Source: Trichinella spiralis (Eukaryota). From it: 64,000 bases of DNA. The stretch spans positions 8,783,472 to 8,847,471 of the forward strand of contig NW_003526943.1 of NCBI RefSeq assembly GCF_000181795.1, given 5' to 3'. The notes beneath the pieces are model-generated. The model was not told where the DNA came from, did no database searches, and worked only from the letters and a program-made list of their open reading frames with translations. Positions 26,201-39,684 of this stretch are shown here, piece after piece (positions within the stretch are counted from its first letter, which is position 1; each line of letters opens with the position of its first letter). The position numbers were made by a program, and so were the translations under genes.

Positions 26201-26346
26201 CCCTAATTTAAAATACTGGTCAACAAAATTATTTTAAAATGTCTGTATTTACTATGCCTACCATCCTGAAGGACATCCGTGACTTTCGCCAGTTCAGTCA
26301 AGAAGGAATTTCGCTTTGCCCAAACAAAACAATTAACAAGAGACAT
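23230..26346 (-). CDS. PHF20/MBD-R2-like chromatin protein: Tudor-like + TTF-type zinc finger + C2H2 zinc finger + acidic tail (multi-exon)
   Basis: Spliced reading: MSLVNCFVWAKRNSFLTELAKVTDVLQDGTCQVIFQDGKQRVVSIRSL (Tudor); EEWLRYKSGRLFCLACRRC...KKW...FMEHENSVVHKKSM (TTF-type finger); FHCSEGNCSSKFWQAIALSYHKAFVH (C2H2, resembling that of PHF20); poly-Asp at ~23430-23470; stop at 23230. Confidence 0.75.
25532..25561. repeat. (AGTT)n tetranucleotide microsatellite (intronic)
   Basis: Directly visible. Confidence 0.9.
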
Positions 26347-27650
26347 CTCTATTAAGCGCCAACATTGTCGTTATAATGCATAACAATAACAATAAATAAC
26401 AATATTTAAATAAATTCATTACTTTCACTGTATGAGATAAGTTGCATTGTTCAATTTACCAGGTAATTGTATTTACGTTTCCCAAATACTTCAAAATAAT
26501 TGGCAATTTACATTTTGTCAACAAAATTATAAGCAGTAAAAATTAAAATTACGAAATAAAAACAACGCTCATTTTAAATTCTCTCAGCTTAAGAATATTC
26601 AATAAAATTAAAAAGAAATAATTTCTAAAAGAAATTCTATACAAATGTTTGTCGAACAGAAAGCGCAGTGTAAATTAACCCTCAATAAAAGTGTTAAAAT
26701 AATTCGAATCATAGTTAAAAGTACTTGTGTTTGTACAAAAAGAAATATTGAAATGTTTATTGCGTGTATTGAACCAAGAAAGTTAAACGTTTTAAGTTGT
26801 TTTCAAAATCTGAATTGAAATGTTAGCTAACTTTTACAATAAAGAAAGTTTCTTTTTAATGTATGCTAAAAAGACAAAAATCTTTTCATTGCATGTCCAT
26901 TTTAATAAAACATTAAAAGTTCAGCTTACGACAATCATAAATTAATAATAAATAATTATAAAAGCTTATAATCACTTACAAAAATTTATAAGCTGGAATA
27001 TATAAAAAATTATCTAAGAATATCAGTACAGATCAAGCAATTCTGTGCAATGCACAATTAATAGGATCAACAAATTATTAAGACAGTAAGTATTAATCAA
27101 GTGCAACGTTTTTATTGTTATATAAATTAGCAGAAATGGAGAATTTGCAAGTGAAAAAAATACAATCTATTGATTAAGCAATTAATTATATTTATAATGG
27201 GCATATCAAGATTTTTGAAAGCAAACTGTATGCTTCACCTATTGGTTAGCCACAATCGTCCATACTGTAGCATACTGTACTGAGAGAGATGAGAAGATTA
27301 AAGAAGAGAGATTCATAATCAAATTTACAAATTTATTTTTGAATTTAAGAATTAAAACATAATCATAAATATTTATAAATACATTTTTGGTTATTATTTA
27401 AAATTTTCATTTTCATTAAATAAAAAGAGAATCGTCGCTTAATTTTCTCAAAATCATTCTGTATGACACTGAGATTTGTTTGGTTTAATTTTCTAGTACG
27501 AGTATAAAGATTTTGGTAATTTTGTTATTTATGAAAAATATAAAATTCTGGATTTTTTGTTTGTTTATATGTATTTTTTCAGTATATGTATGTAGTTTTT
27601 CACTTTTTCAGTTTTGATAGCAACTGGCGGCAGTATTCAGTGCAAAATAC

Positions 27651-29152
27651 ATGGAGTAAGCCTGAATATATATATATATATAATTTTTTAATCAGTATTT
27701 TTTAAATTTAATCTTAATGCTCTGAACCTAAATAGGTGTATTTATGTTAGTTTAGTATTTTATAATTTATTAATTTTGATTTGTAAGAGTAGCATAATGT
27801 CTACCATATTTTTCCTTTTATTTCTAAATTCTTCCGAAAGCGTTGTAAATTCTGAACTTGTCTTGTAATTTTATTACATTTGGTTTTTTTTATGTAATGC
27901 AATTTCTATTTTTTGGGATCTGATAATTTGCAGAACTTTGCCCATATGGCCGCAATGTTCTATGTAAAGTTTCACCTGCTACAAACTGCAAATATGAAGC
28001 TTTTATGTGAGCATAATAATTGTTCTCATTTTCAGACCTAGCAATAAATGCATCAAACTGGACGACAGCCAAAGTAGCCGGTGTGGCAGGTCGGTTAGCA
28101 ATGATTCGAATGATGATGATGAAACAATTTCCTACGTATCTCTAGTAAGCGGCGAAGAGGTGCTGTTGAATATGAACAGCGAAATTGAAAAATGTCGATC
28201 GATTTACGATTTTAAAAATTTGAACAAAATTGGTGAAGGAGCCTACGGAACCGTCTACCAGGCAAAGGATCTGAAAAGTGGAGACATTGTCGCCATAAAG
28301 CGAGTCCGTTGCGATGTCGGCTTGGAGATGAGCACGATGCGCGAGATAGCCATACTGAAAAGAACAAAACACAAGAATATTATCGCTTTGCGGGAAGTTG
28401 CAATTGGGCAAAGTTTGAATTCGGTTTTTCTGGTCATGGAATACTGCGAACACGATTTGGGTAGTTTGCTCGACTGGATGAAATTGCCATTCAGCGAATC
28501 CGACGTGAAATGTCTCATTTACCAACTACTGGAAGGGGTCGATTATCTCCATTCGAATTACATTGTCCACCGTGATCTGAAAGCGTCGAATTTGCTTCTC
28601 AAAGACGACGGTACGTTGAAAATATCCGACTTCGGCTTGGCCCGAATCTGCGGCAAGCCCGAACCGCGAATGACGCCCAAAGTGGTCACCATATGGTACA
28701 GGGCGCCGGAGCTGCTTTTCGAAAGCGAACATATCACTTCTGCCATTGACATCTGGGCAACGGCCTGCGTGTTCGGCGAACTGCTTCTCCACAAGCCGCT
28801 ATTTCCAGGCACCGGTGAAATTGATCAAATTCGATTGATCATTGATGTTTTGGGTTCTCCAAACGAAAAAATCTGGCCCGACTTTGTGAATTTACCCGTG
28901 ACTCGGTCGTTCAGTTTCAAAAAACAGCCGTACAACAAGCTGAAAAATCTCTTCCCGACCATGTCTTCGAATGGTATAAAATTGTTGAATACCATGTTCG
29001 CCTACGATCCCGAAAAACGTGCCACGGCGAAACAATGCTTGACCAGTGCTTATTTCAAAGAGCAACCTTTTCCCACCAACCCACGGCTGATGTCCTCTTA
29101 TCCGCAAACTCACAATACAAACAGCGGAAGAAAGGACGAACACAACCGATAA
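27651..29152 (+). CDS. CDK10: Cyclin-dependent kinase 10 (CDK10/PISSLRE-like)
   Basis: Micro exon ATGGA|gtaag (27651-27655) splices in frame to 28036. Motifs CRSIYDFKNLNKIGEGAYGTVY, SVFLVMEYCEHDLGSLLD.M..PFSES.VKC, HRDLKASNLL, DFG, MTPKVVTIWYRAPELL are CDK10-type. Confidence 0.88.
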
Positions 29153-30180
29153 GCGACCCCATGTGTGTTCGTTCAAATTATAGAAAAAGCAATAAATAGA
29201 CAAATGATAGATAATCTTTAGAACCTTATTGTCGTCTTAGAGTTCGTTCTTCGCTGGTGTTGTTTGCTGAATTCGATTCGATCCTCCTCAATGCGAAGTA
29301 GACAGACGTACTCTGTGTAGTATTATTGTTGTGCTCAAAGTAAGTCTATATGAGCGAACATTTTCCATTTATCAGTATCCTCTGTGAACAACTCCTCAAC
29401 TACTTTGCACCAAACTGATTGTGATTCATTCATTCATTCATTCACTCACTGGTCAGTATTTATTGAAAAAAGAAAATCATATGATTTTTTGATGCGTGAT
29501 CCTGTGCAAAAAGTTAACTAGCACATCTGTGTTAACGACGTATGTTATATGTCTATCATCCCAGCGCAATCGAACGAAATTATCCAATTCACTCACACAA
29601 GCAAACAACGGCAGGCAGACAGGCAAAGTTGGTTGGTTGGTTGGTAGAAATTGAAAAAATCACTCTCAGTCCGCCGTAGTAAAAGCCCGTGGTAGTGCCA
29701 CCTTGTATGTACTATTACTTTTCAACAATCCGATCCGACCGACCGACGGGATGTAGATTAATTATTACAAACATCACAGCAAACAACAAAAACACCCAAT
29801 TCCCAGGTGAAAAAAATATTCATTTTCAACGCAATGAACCGAATAAATAAATATACATAAAAAATGAACGAGACAGAAGTAAATGAATGGGAAAAATAAA
29901 AAATCAAAAGCATATATTATTGTTATTATAAAACCAACCCTCAAACATCGGTGTTCCAAAAATAAAATGAAATAAATAAACAAACAAACAAACAAACATA
30001 AAGACTAAAAGAAAAAAAAAGACTATAAGCAGAAGAGATAAAAGATAGATAACGAGCTGTTGTTGGGGAAGCGGTGAAAAATTTACATTCGGCTCATTGC
30101 TTCATCAAATACGGTGCCGCTTGAAGTGTTGTATCTCTGTCTCGGTGGTTATGTATGTCTGGGTTTGTCGTCCTGGTGAT

Positions 30181-32203
30181 TCAGGGCGAACGCGACCGAC
30201 TGCATGAAACCACACCCCTTCCATTTTCATTGTCAACAGAAGTTGTTGCTGTTGGATTTGAATTTCCGCTGCCGCTGCTATTCGTGCCGGTTCCACGGCG
30301 GCGCAAAGGAGACGCACGATCTGATGGCGAATTGCTGCGGGACCGACTACGGCTGCGACTTCGACTATTTTCTTCACTTGTATCCACTGCACTGACGTGA
30401 ATGTAAGAAACTTCACCCTAAATTTGCAAAAACAAAAAAAAAACTACTTATTCATTTTCAACAACTAAAATATATTAAAATTTATTTTATTCCACGCTTA
30501 TGTCAAAAAAAAGATTTCAACACTGCAATTATGCAAAATCCAACTACTTCAAATGAATAACTGTTGTTTGAAATTCATTTGATCATTTGACACTTTTATC
30601 AACAAACTATTCTTATTCAACCTGCTTGTTTGCTAACTTTTTACAATTCATCGTCAAAGGCTACTAATTTCCATAAGTTGCATCAACAGAATCTACAAAA
30701 TTACATGCAAACAAAATAAACATTTATTTAAACAACTGAAAATTACCAAACTGTTGCATTTTATTTATACAAAAACAAACACTAACACAATGTGTTCACA
30801 TACAAAAAACAGGTCTTTGAAAATATACAAAAAAACCTATTTATAAGGTAAAACGTAAATAAAATAAAATTACAATAAAAATGTTACTTTACGTTTCCAT
30901 CAATTTAGAATTTTTCTAATATATTTTGTTGATGAAATAAACTAGTTCTTGCATTTCATCTTTTATATTTACATTTACAGTATACTGAAAAAGAAAAATC
31001 AATTCATTCGGATTGTACTCTTTTGTTTCAATTAAAAATAATTTAATACATACTATTTCATTCATTCTGTTTTATTAAGTTTACTGTAAAACTTTGTTAT
31101 AACTCTATTATAATATCATACTTAATTAATTACTATAATAATAATATTATTATTATTAACAATTCTATCTTTACACAAATATAAACCTAACGTTACAGTA
31201 ATGTATTAAAACCTGAAACATTAAAATAATCACCTCATGAGAACGAAAGCGTGATTCATTCAAATTCGCCAAGGCATATTCCAAATCTTCCGCTCTCATG
31301 TATTCAACAACGCCATTTCCATTTTTATAAACATCGGAGAAACAGACGTCTCCCGCTTCCCGCATGTGATCTTTAAGGTCCTGCCAAGAACCAGATGCTG
31401 GCAGTCCTGAAACATAAAATATTAAGTTGGAAAACTGTTCAATTTTTTCATTTTACCGGAAATATAACATCTGAACCCAGTGTGCCGAGATGCATTAGTT
31501 CGGCAGCCATTGCGACCTGCCAACATTCGATTTCGTTGATTGTAACCTGGATGAACTCCAGAGCCACGTGGAAATTCCACGCGCAGTTTGTAACCATCTA
31601 ATTCATAGCCATCCTTGTAGCGAACTGCATCCTCAGCGTCCCTAAAGTTCAATTTATAACAAACAGCCTAACTGAAGCCATAATTTAAATGTAAAATTTC
31701 AAATGTCAACCATCCTCACTCTGGCAAAACATTAATTTCCATCATTTTCAAAATAAACTTTTTCAAATCAATCAATCCTATTTAACATTTTACTCCAACT
31801 ATTTTATCGTCTTGCACCAAAACGACTGTCATTCAGTTATCTAGTAAACGAATTGCTAGTTAGTCACAGTTACTGTAGAAACGTAAATAAACTTTACTGA
31901 TAAAATCAACTGGGCATTTACAAACAAAAAATTGTACATAACAAAAGCATCTATTTTTCCTAAAATTTAATCATCATTAGAGCTTTTTAGGATTAAAAAA
32001 TAAACAATAACAAGAGATCAGAATGCTAACCGAGCGTCTTCAAATTCTACAAATGCAAATGGTGGCCCCTTTCTGTTTTTTAAGTCGACGGCCACTACTT
32101 TGCCAAAACGTTCGAAGCAAGATTCAATGTCTCGACTTCGGATGTCTGGTGGCAGATTTCCCACGTAAATACGCGCGTCAGAGCGCCCATGATAAGATGA
32201 CAT
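30181..32203 (-). CDS. SRSF1: Serine/arginine-rich splicing factor 1 (ASF/SF2; rsp-3-like), 4 exons
   Basis: Exons 32203-32031, 31641-31457, 31406-31234, 30417-30181. [62 protein letters not shown], then an RS tail. Confidence 0.95.
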
Positions 32204-35200
32204 CTTCAATATGACTACAACACTGATAGATATGCAACAACCAAGTTTCAACGCAGCTCTGATAAAATATACAGAACGGAAAAATTGATTAAAAGGTTAT
32301 TTAGAAAACCGCGATGAAAGATTACTGTAATAGCTCAAAATAAGCACACAATATCAGCTTTATAAAGTGTAATATAAGTTAATAATTAGCGTGAAATTCA
32401 AAGCAGACAATTATATGTTATAATTCAACGCTTTCACATTTTATTTCATAATTTTAAAATAGAATACCGTACAAGACAAGGCTTCCAAAGCCAAAAAAAC
32501 AAAATAAATTATTAGGTGATAAATAATAAAATTCATTTCATTGTTAATTTATAATTAATTCTTAAATAACTTCTTACTGCTGTTAATAAATATTCGTTCA
32601 ACTATCAATATGAATCACAATAGAGAGTATACAGTATAGACTCAAGTTACAGTAGGTATTGAAAACCTGATAGCATGTTATATAAGTTTTCAAATAAAAA
32701 TGTCTTTATAATTATGAATGTGTTTATAATTATTGATAATAATATAATAAAATGCGATTTATTAGGGGATCTAGTTTTTCCATATTAAAATAACAGCATA
32801 CAGAGTACAGTATACTAGAAAATCAAGGTTTTTTTTAATTTAATAATACAGAAATCTTGCCTTTTTATTTACATTTGCAGTTTTCAGATGAAAATTGTAG
32901 AATAATTTAGGCAATTTCAAAGTAGTATCTTCTACATGAATTTTATGAATAAATTGAGTTGAATAACTTTAACAATAAAAATCGTAACAAAGAAAATAAT
33001 CCGAAAGAACATTGTGCTCGAAGTTGTGTGTTTTGCCATAAATATTTTAATGCATCATCAAATTTGAAAATATGCTATGAAAATGAAAATTTTTTTTATT
33101 TTTAATATGCTAGTGCATGATTTCCAATTGTTATTTAATAATCTGTGTTAGGGTTAAATTTAAAGTTTTGCTTGCCTTTTATCTATTTTTCATTTCTCTA
33201 AATCTTTATTGTTTATTGATGGTTTTTAGTGTTTCACGCTTTGTCAATTATATAATGTAGCACTTTGATTTATGGCAACTTTTATTTGTGTTCTAAAGGG
33301 GCACACTTTTACTCGATTTTTCTAATCCAATATAACAATACCACACGCACAAGGTCAATCTTTATTTTTTGTCGTTGCTAATGTTAGTCTCGTTTACAAA
33401 TGTTATAGGCTTTCAAAATTTTATACCAAAATATTAATTTCACGCCAGACGGAAGTGTTTTTTCTTAATGTTAGCATGTTGGTGAATTAAAAATGTGTAT
33501 GATATGTATGAAATTATTTGTGAAATGTATGGTGGAAATTTTATTCAGAGTTTAAGAAATCGTTCTAGCTGAACTTTTGAGCTGCTAAAATTTGTTACAA
33601 TTTTTTTGTCAAAGTGCTAACAAACAAACTGTGAATGTTGAAAAAAGCGCATGACTGCAGTTTCATATTTTCCACACGTAGGCTTGCTGCTTTGAAATCA
33701 AATAAAAGGTAACGTACAGCGGGAGAAACTTTGCTAATGAAGTAAAAAAACAAATTATAGATTGTTTTCAGTTGAACTTTAGTTGTTCTTCAACAAATTT
33801 GAAGTATATTCGAAAAACAGATTCACCATTATTAATAATGTAAATGGGCACCTTGATACGGTAGGTTTATTATCAAGAATTAAAAAAAATAACAATGACA
33901 ATTCATTTTCATTCAGAAATAAATACACGCAAACGAAGATGAAATATTATAACGATGAATAATACTATATGCTAAAATAGCAATAGAAATGTGTTTGCCA
34001 AAATGAGCAAAATGTTTTTTTATTCACATCTGCTTGAATACTATGCTGTGTTGATTTTATTTCAAAAATGTTTAACAACTATATTTTAAAAAAATATCAA
34101 TAACAAATTATCGGATATTGATGCAGTTTGCATGTTTAATAGTTTTAAAAATTTGAATTTCAATATTATCAGATTTTTAATATTAAACAAAAACTGTTCC
34201 TCTCTGCTTGAATATATTTATTTTTTATATGAAATTTTTGTGAAAATAAATTTCGAAAAAGCGACAAGTGGAAAACTTGTTCAATGCTATTCAGAGCAGT
34301 TGATGCAAATGTGAGATAATTGCAGCAAGTTGACGCACATGAAAAATGATTGCAGATGGGAAAAAAAATTTCTTTAACAAACCCCTTTTTGTTTTCTCTT
34401 GTCAGCATTTTCTCCTTTGCATTTTCACAATGCGCATCCTGTTCATTGTTGACACCGGCTGACGTGCTGTTCAACGTTTGAAAAGAAATTTAAATTTATC
34501 ATCGTTTGACACCGCTTTGATCACAAGCATCACCAATTCTTAAAACTGATCACTGATCACAAATGTATCATATATTTGTTATCCAAGTGTGCTCTGACGT
34601 TGCACGTCAATTGATAACTTTCCATTATCTCGGATCAGTGTAAATTTTTGACAACATCTCTTTTGTTCATATGATTTATTGATAGCAATAGCAGATATTT
34701 CTCAGAATTTGAATTTTAGAATGCAAACATTTCCAAGTGATACATTAAAAATACAGAATCATATTTTCTTTTCCAACTTGCAACATTAGAACAAATTGTT
34801 AAAGAAAAATTTTTATCAAGAATAATAATACATCATATTGAAACATCTGGTTCACTGGATCTGTGCCATTAGAACACCAGAAAATGCCTGAAGGCAATTC
34901 GAACAAAATGTAATAAACGAGCATCATTCGTTTGAAATTCTCTACCGAATATTATCATCATCACAGCAAATAAAGTGGAATAGTTACTGCTATTCATGTC
35001 ATCATTCTGCTTAATTGTACCACTACATTTCATCACTGTTCACTACATATATTTTTTTGAATGCTTCATCATTGTTTGAAAAGAGAATGTTGACTGTTAA
35101 TTTTGAAATAAATTAAATTAACTGCAGTTCTGTTAATTAAGAAAAATATACAAATCTCTTTTGAAATGAAACAAACTACTGTTTTTAATATTTTTTAATG

Positions 35201-35516
35201 ACAAAACAATTGTGCTGCTATTGCAATATTTAAATTTCAACTATACTTTGCAATAGATAATTTTTACATACAGTTTTTAGTTTAAAATATTTTTATTCTT
35301 ATATTCTGATACTACATGGTGTATGCTAATATTGGAATATGAATTGCCAAGAAAATAATTTTATTCTTATCATACAAATTAATAATTGAATTTTTGAAGA
35401 AATAAAAATAACATGAATAAGAATAATAAAGAATTGGAAGTTGTAATAAAATTTCAAAATGAACTGTTAAAAATTTCTTTTCCATTTTACAGCCAGAAGT
35501 AGCCCACTGACCCAAA

Positions 35517-36971
35517 ATGAGCAATTTGACTGTTGTGCGATTTCACCCAAATCATCATTTTCATCTTTTCTTCTTGTTTTCCTGCAGCGTTCAGGGTGTT
35601 CTCTTGATTTTTGGTCAGAAATTTAAAAATGAAAACGTTCAGTTTTGCAGAATTATTTTTGTTTATCAATATTTTAATAATTCATTTCGTCTCAGCAGCC
35701 AAAAAGGATCCTCTTGAAAAATTAAATTGGATTAAAGGGATATGGAGGGCTGAATATTCGGGCAAAGTTTTCTGGCCGACAATTCCAACAATGACTTTTG
35801 GAGAAGAACTAGTAATTCAAGATGCGCCGGTTTCGAAGGCGTCTGGAATTCGATTCTTTAATTTTTCGTAAGCTACCATATCTCGTTATCATATTCAATT
35901 ATTACTTCCAATATTCAGTATTATTATTTCAACTGTAAACAGTTGGGCATAATTTGCTGACATATAACCCCAAAATGATAATCTCATATCATTTGATTTT
36001 AAAATTTTGACTTTTTTATGGAAATTATTAACAAGCACATTAACGAAACAAAAATTAATTAAATATTGGCTTTTAAATTAATGCGATATAAAAATGAATT
36101 TGCTTCTTTGTAAAATGAAATAGTTGTGATGCTTTTCAGTGCCAGAGCTTGGTCACATACCACAAGGGATCACTTGCACGATGAATGGGGATTTCTGACT
36201 GTAGATCCTACAGGAAAAGCTGTTCTTATGACAACAGGAAATAATGGTATTATTTTTTATTCAACAGTTTACTTTGTTCATTGCTGTTTTTTAAAAATTT
36301 CACTAAGCTTTTCAGAGTAATTGACTGTATGATCAATTTTGTTGCTTTCCACAACTGTGTATTATATCGTCAATTTAACATTTTGAAATTTATCATAACT
36401 AATCCACATGTAACACTGATCAATATTCTTATTGCACTGGATAGTCTGTATTGATATTCATACTGTACTACTTAGAATTTCTATTTTAGCATATTTAAAA
36501 AGGAGAACACGAGTAATTTATAATTTGAAAAGGGAATTATATTATTTTGTTTTAACTACTAGATTTTATCGGATGATATATACAAATTATTTATAATTAC
36601 AATTCTTTTCCAAATTATAAATTAACTTACATTAAATCTTATGTATTTAGCATTTTAAAAAGAAACTAACTTTTGTTTCATTTCAGGCTTCAGTACATAT
36701 GAAGAAGGATATTTTACTGATAAACAGCTAAATTTAGTATTAAAGGAAATTGGACGAGTTTCGTTTTCCAGAGATTTGCCAGTGAAAGAGGTTTATTTTA
36801 CTTAAAAAAAGAAATACTTTAAATATTTCAATTATATTTTTACAGCTTGAGCGTACATTTACTTTGAAAAAACCGAAACAACTTGAACAAAGGCAACGCA
36901 TGCGCACTGCAACGCATCCATCTCACGGTCTTCTTGATCATGCAATTGTTATTTATGAAAAAATTGAATAA
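35517..36971 (+). CDS. Nitrobindin / THAP4-like heme-binding beta-barrel (DUF1794), 5 exons
   Basis: Exons ~35517-35613, 35696-35867, 36140-36247, 36687-36790, 36846-36971. PLEKLNWIKGIW, FWPTIPTMTFGEEL, AWS...LHDEWGFL, GFSTYEEG, RTF...LEQ...M.T, and C-terminal H...YEK. Confidence 0.85.
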
Positions 36972-37482
36972 GTATTTCAGTTGATTATTTGAAATTATTG
37001 AATTTGAATAACGATAATAATAAATATTTTGAAATTGTTTTTCATTATGAATTCATCATATTGTATTCATATGTCAAAAATGTGATGCATATTCACAATT
37101 TGTAGTACGGTAGTGGAAAATGAAAATGGTAAATTATTTATATTATTAAGAGAAAGTTCTTGTCTAGTAGAAGTGTACTTAATTAGGCTTTAAACAGCGA
37201 TGTGTGGACTTATTTTATAACTTGAATAAATTCATATTTAAACAATAATTTATCTAACTTTTTAATCAACAGTTTTTTAATTGACCTCATAAGCAGTTTT
37301 TGATATTTAAAAATACTAATGCTCACAACTTTGCTGCAAAATTTGAAATTTATCATTATTATTTATTATTATTAAATTTTTTTATTGTTTTATTATTTTA
37401 AAAAAGAGAAAAAACAGTTCTGCATTATTATATAGTACATGTTTATTATTTTACAAATTGTACGAGGGTGGTGATGAAAAGA

Positions 37483-39684
37483 TTAACCAAATATTTTAAA
37501 TGCGCTTTCACTGTATTGGCAGTTGTCATAATTCACTGGTTGAACGAGATTAAAAGCACGAACAAGACCATTGATGAAGTTCTTTTCTTCTAACCATTTT
37601 AAGACTTCATCCTCATATTTTTCTTTGAAAACATCCGGATCACGCACAAGCACGGCAACAGGATAGCGGATCCAATTGGAAACAATTGCATAATCATATC
37701 CACGATTTCCAAGAGAATCTTCACTAACTGGACCAACTTTATATACCCAAACTAAGATAATAAAAGAACCATAAAAAGTGAATCAAATTGCGACCTTTTA
37801 ATTTGTTTTTTTGTTACATTACACATATTAATAATCTGCATGCTTGAAGCAGATAGGCACTTTAATTTATTAATAAACATCAATACACTAGTACGTTTAT
37901 AAATATAAATTAATCTGTTTGTTTTTTGCTCTTTTATATTTAATCAACTTACAAGGAAGGGGGTCAGATGATTCACTGGTGTGCATTTGAAGCATGCCTG
38001 GTTGACGACCTCCGCGAAATGCATAACCAATTGAATATCGAACTTGACCAAAATCAGAACCCTCTCGATAAATTTTCAATGCAGTAAAAGTGGCAGTTTT
38101 GCCATTTTCTGTCAAACCACCAACTATAACAATGCTAATTATCTTTCTATATTGTAAATGCAACGCAAATCTATCAAAAAAAACAATATTTTAAAAGTAA
38201 ACTATTTAAAATTTTTTAGATATTCAGGAGCATCTAATATTTAATAATGTAATCCAAACTCCATTTCTTGAAGTGATAGAAAACAATTTAAACAGTTTAA
38301 GGAAATAATTTTTAAAAAGAAATTATTTTAGCTTTCATTAATCAGCCTTTTATTTTTTACTTACAATGATGAACTATGCAACGATCTTCTGTTGCTCTTG
38401 GACTGTTGATCCCCTATAAAAGTGATACTTTTGAAAAGAAGTTCAATATTTGTGTACTTTATTTCAACAAACCTCAAACCAACGTCCCATAAATTGAGCT
38501 AAATTTAAGTTGGGCATTTCTGGAACCAACGCGTCAGTAATATTGTCTGCCATATTTTGCAAAGCGTCAGGTTTTATTAGTGATGTTACGTTAGTTTTCT
38601 GCATAATTTTTTTTCCAATAGCAGCTGAAAAAGTAAGTTTTATAACATGATGGAATTAAGTTAGAAATTATTAGCAATATTTTATATAATTTCTTACAAA
38701 TTAATCCCATCACGTCGACTTTCTGATTTGGAGAAGTTATTCCAGGGAAAATACTTGGAAGAGAGGGAAGTCCGGCCACTGGAGGTCCACGGGGTGCAAC
38801 ACCAGTAGGAAGTGCAGCTTGATCAAGTCCAGCTGAAGTAGTTGATTAGTAATTTTTTATATTGAAAGCCAAAACAAGACAAAATGATAAATAATTAATT
38901 TTCACTCACTGACGCTGGTGATTTTTTTCCCCAAACCTTTGAGAATTTCCAACAATCCTTTTTGTGACAGCGGATTGCTGCTGACGGCGGCCGCGGGGGA
39001 ATTTTGGTCCTCTTTCAACAGAGGTATGTTTTTCAGCATTGGGTTGAGCACATCTCTGGTCAAGCCGACGACGTCGATCGAAGATTTGCCTGGTGCAGGT
39101 TGATTGGCGAACGCTTGAGAAACTCCGCTGCCGAATTGTTTGAGCGATTGCAGATCTTTTGGAAAAGCATTTTGGAAATCGGATAAAATTGGCATCCCCT
39201 TGGCAGCCAACTCTTGACCGGTTAATTTGAAGGCGTTCATACCGTCGGTGTGAAATAAATTCTGCGACTCTCGGAGCACACTACTCAATCCTGGGGCGGT
39301 GGCTATTTTCGGATCTCGTCTAGTATCTACCGTGTTCAGGGCCGGAAATTGTGGGGGTTCAATTTTCACCGACTGCTGCTGCTCTGTGGGCAGTTGCAGA
39401 ATCGATGCTGAAGAATCTTCACTTTTGGCCATTTGTCCAGAAAATGGGTGACTGTCGAAAGAATCGATCGGCGCCTGTCGAAATATCGACTCCACTGGCA
39501 CCAGCGGTGAAGGGGCGGTGGCTTGCGACGGGTTGGGCTTTCTGAAATTCACCTCACTCTGATATTGCAAAACTACCGGCTTTGATCGAATTCGAGTCAT
39601 CAGAAGTTCCTCGTGATTGTTCGCCAATGAAATGCGAAAAATTAAAATACAAATCAACAGTCGATAAAGCATTGTAAGTACCAT
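37483..39684 (-). CDS. Secreted lipocalin-related protein (nematode LPR type) with a long low-complexity N-terminal extension
   Basis: Signal peptide MLYRLLICILIFRISLA; Pro/Ser/Gln-rich region; lipocalin motifs LNLAQFMGRWFEG, FWVYKVGP...YDYAIVSNW.RYPVAVLVRDP..F..KY..EV; stop at 37483. Confidence 0.85.

Noticed and set aside
28142..29203. Antisense ORFs over CDK10 (similarly over MRPL47, the EGF exons and the 52989 gene)
   Set aside because: Shadow ORFs explained by the sense genes.
29460..30180. Possible NMD-inducing intron in the SRSF1 3' UTR
   Set aside because: Candidate donor and acceptor sites are weak and ambiguous; not supportable without transcripts.
33000..35450. Short ORFs (e.g. 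34169-34474) between SRSF1 and the nitrobindin gene
   Set aside because: No consistent splice-linked frame or recognisable domain.
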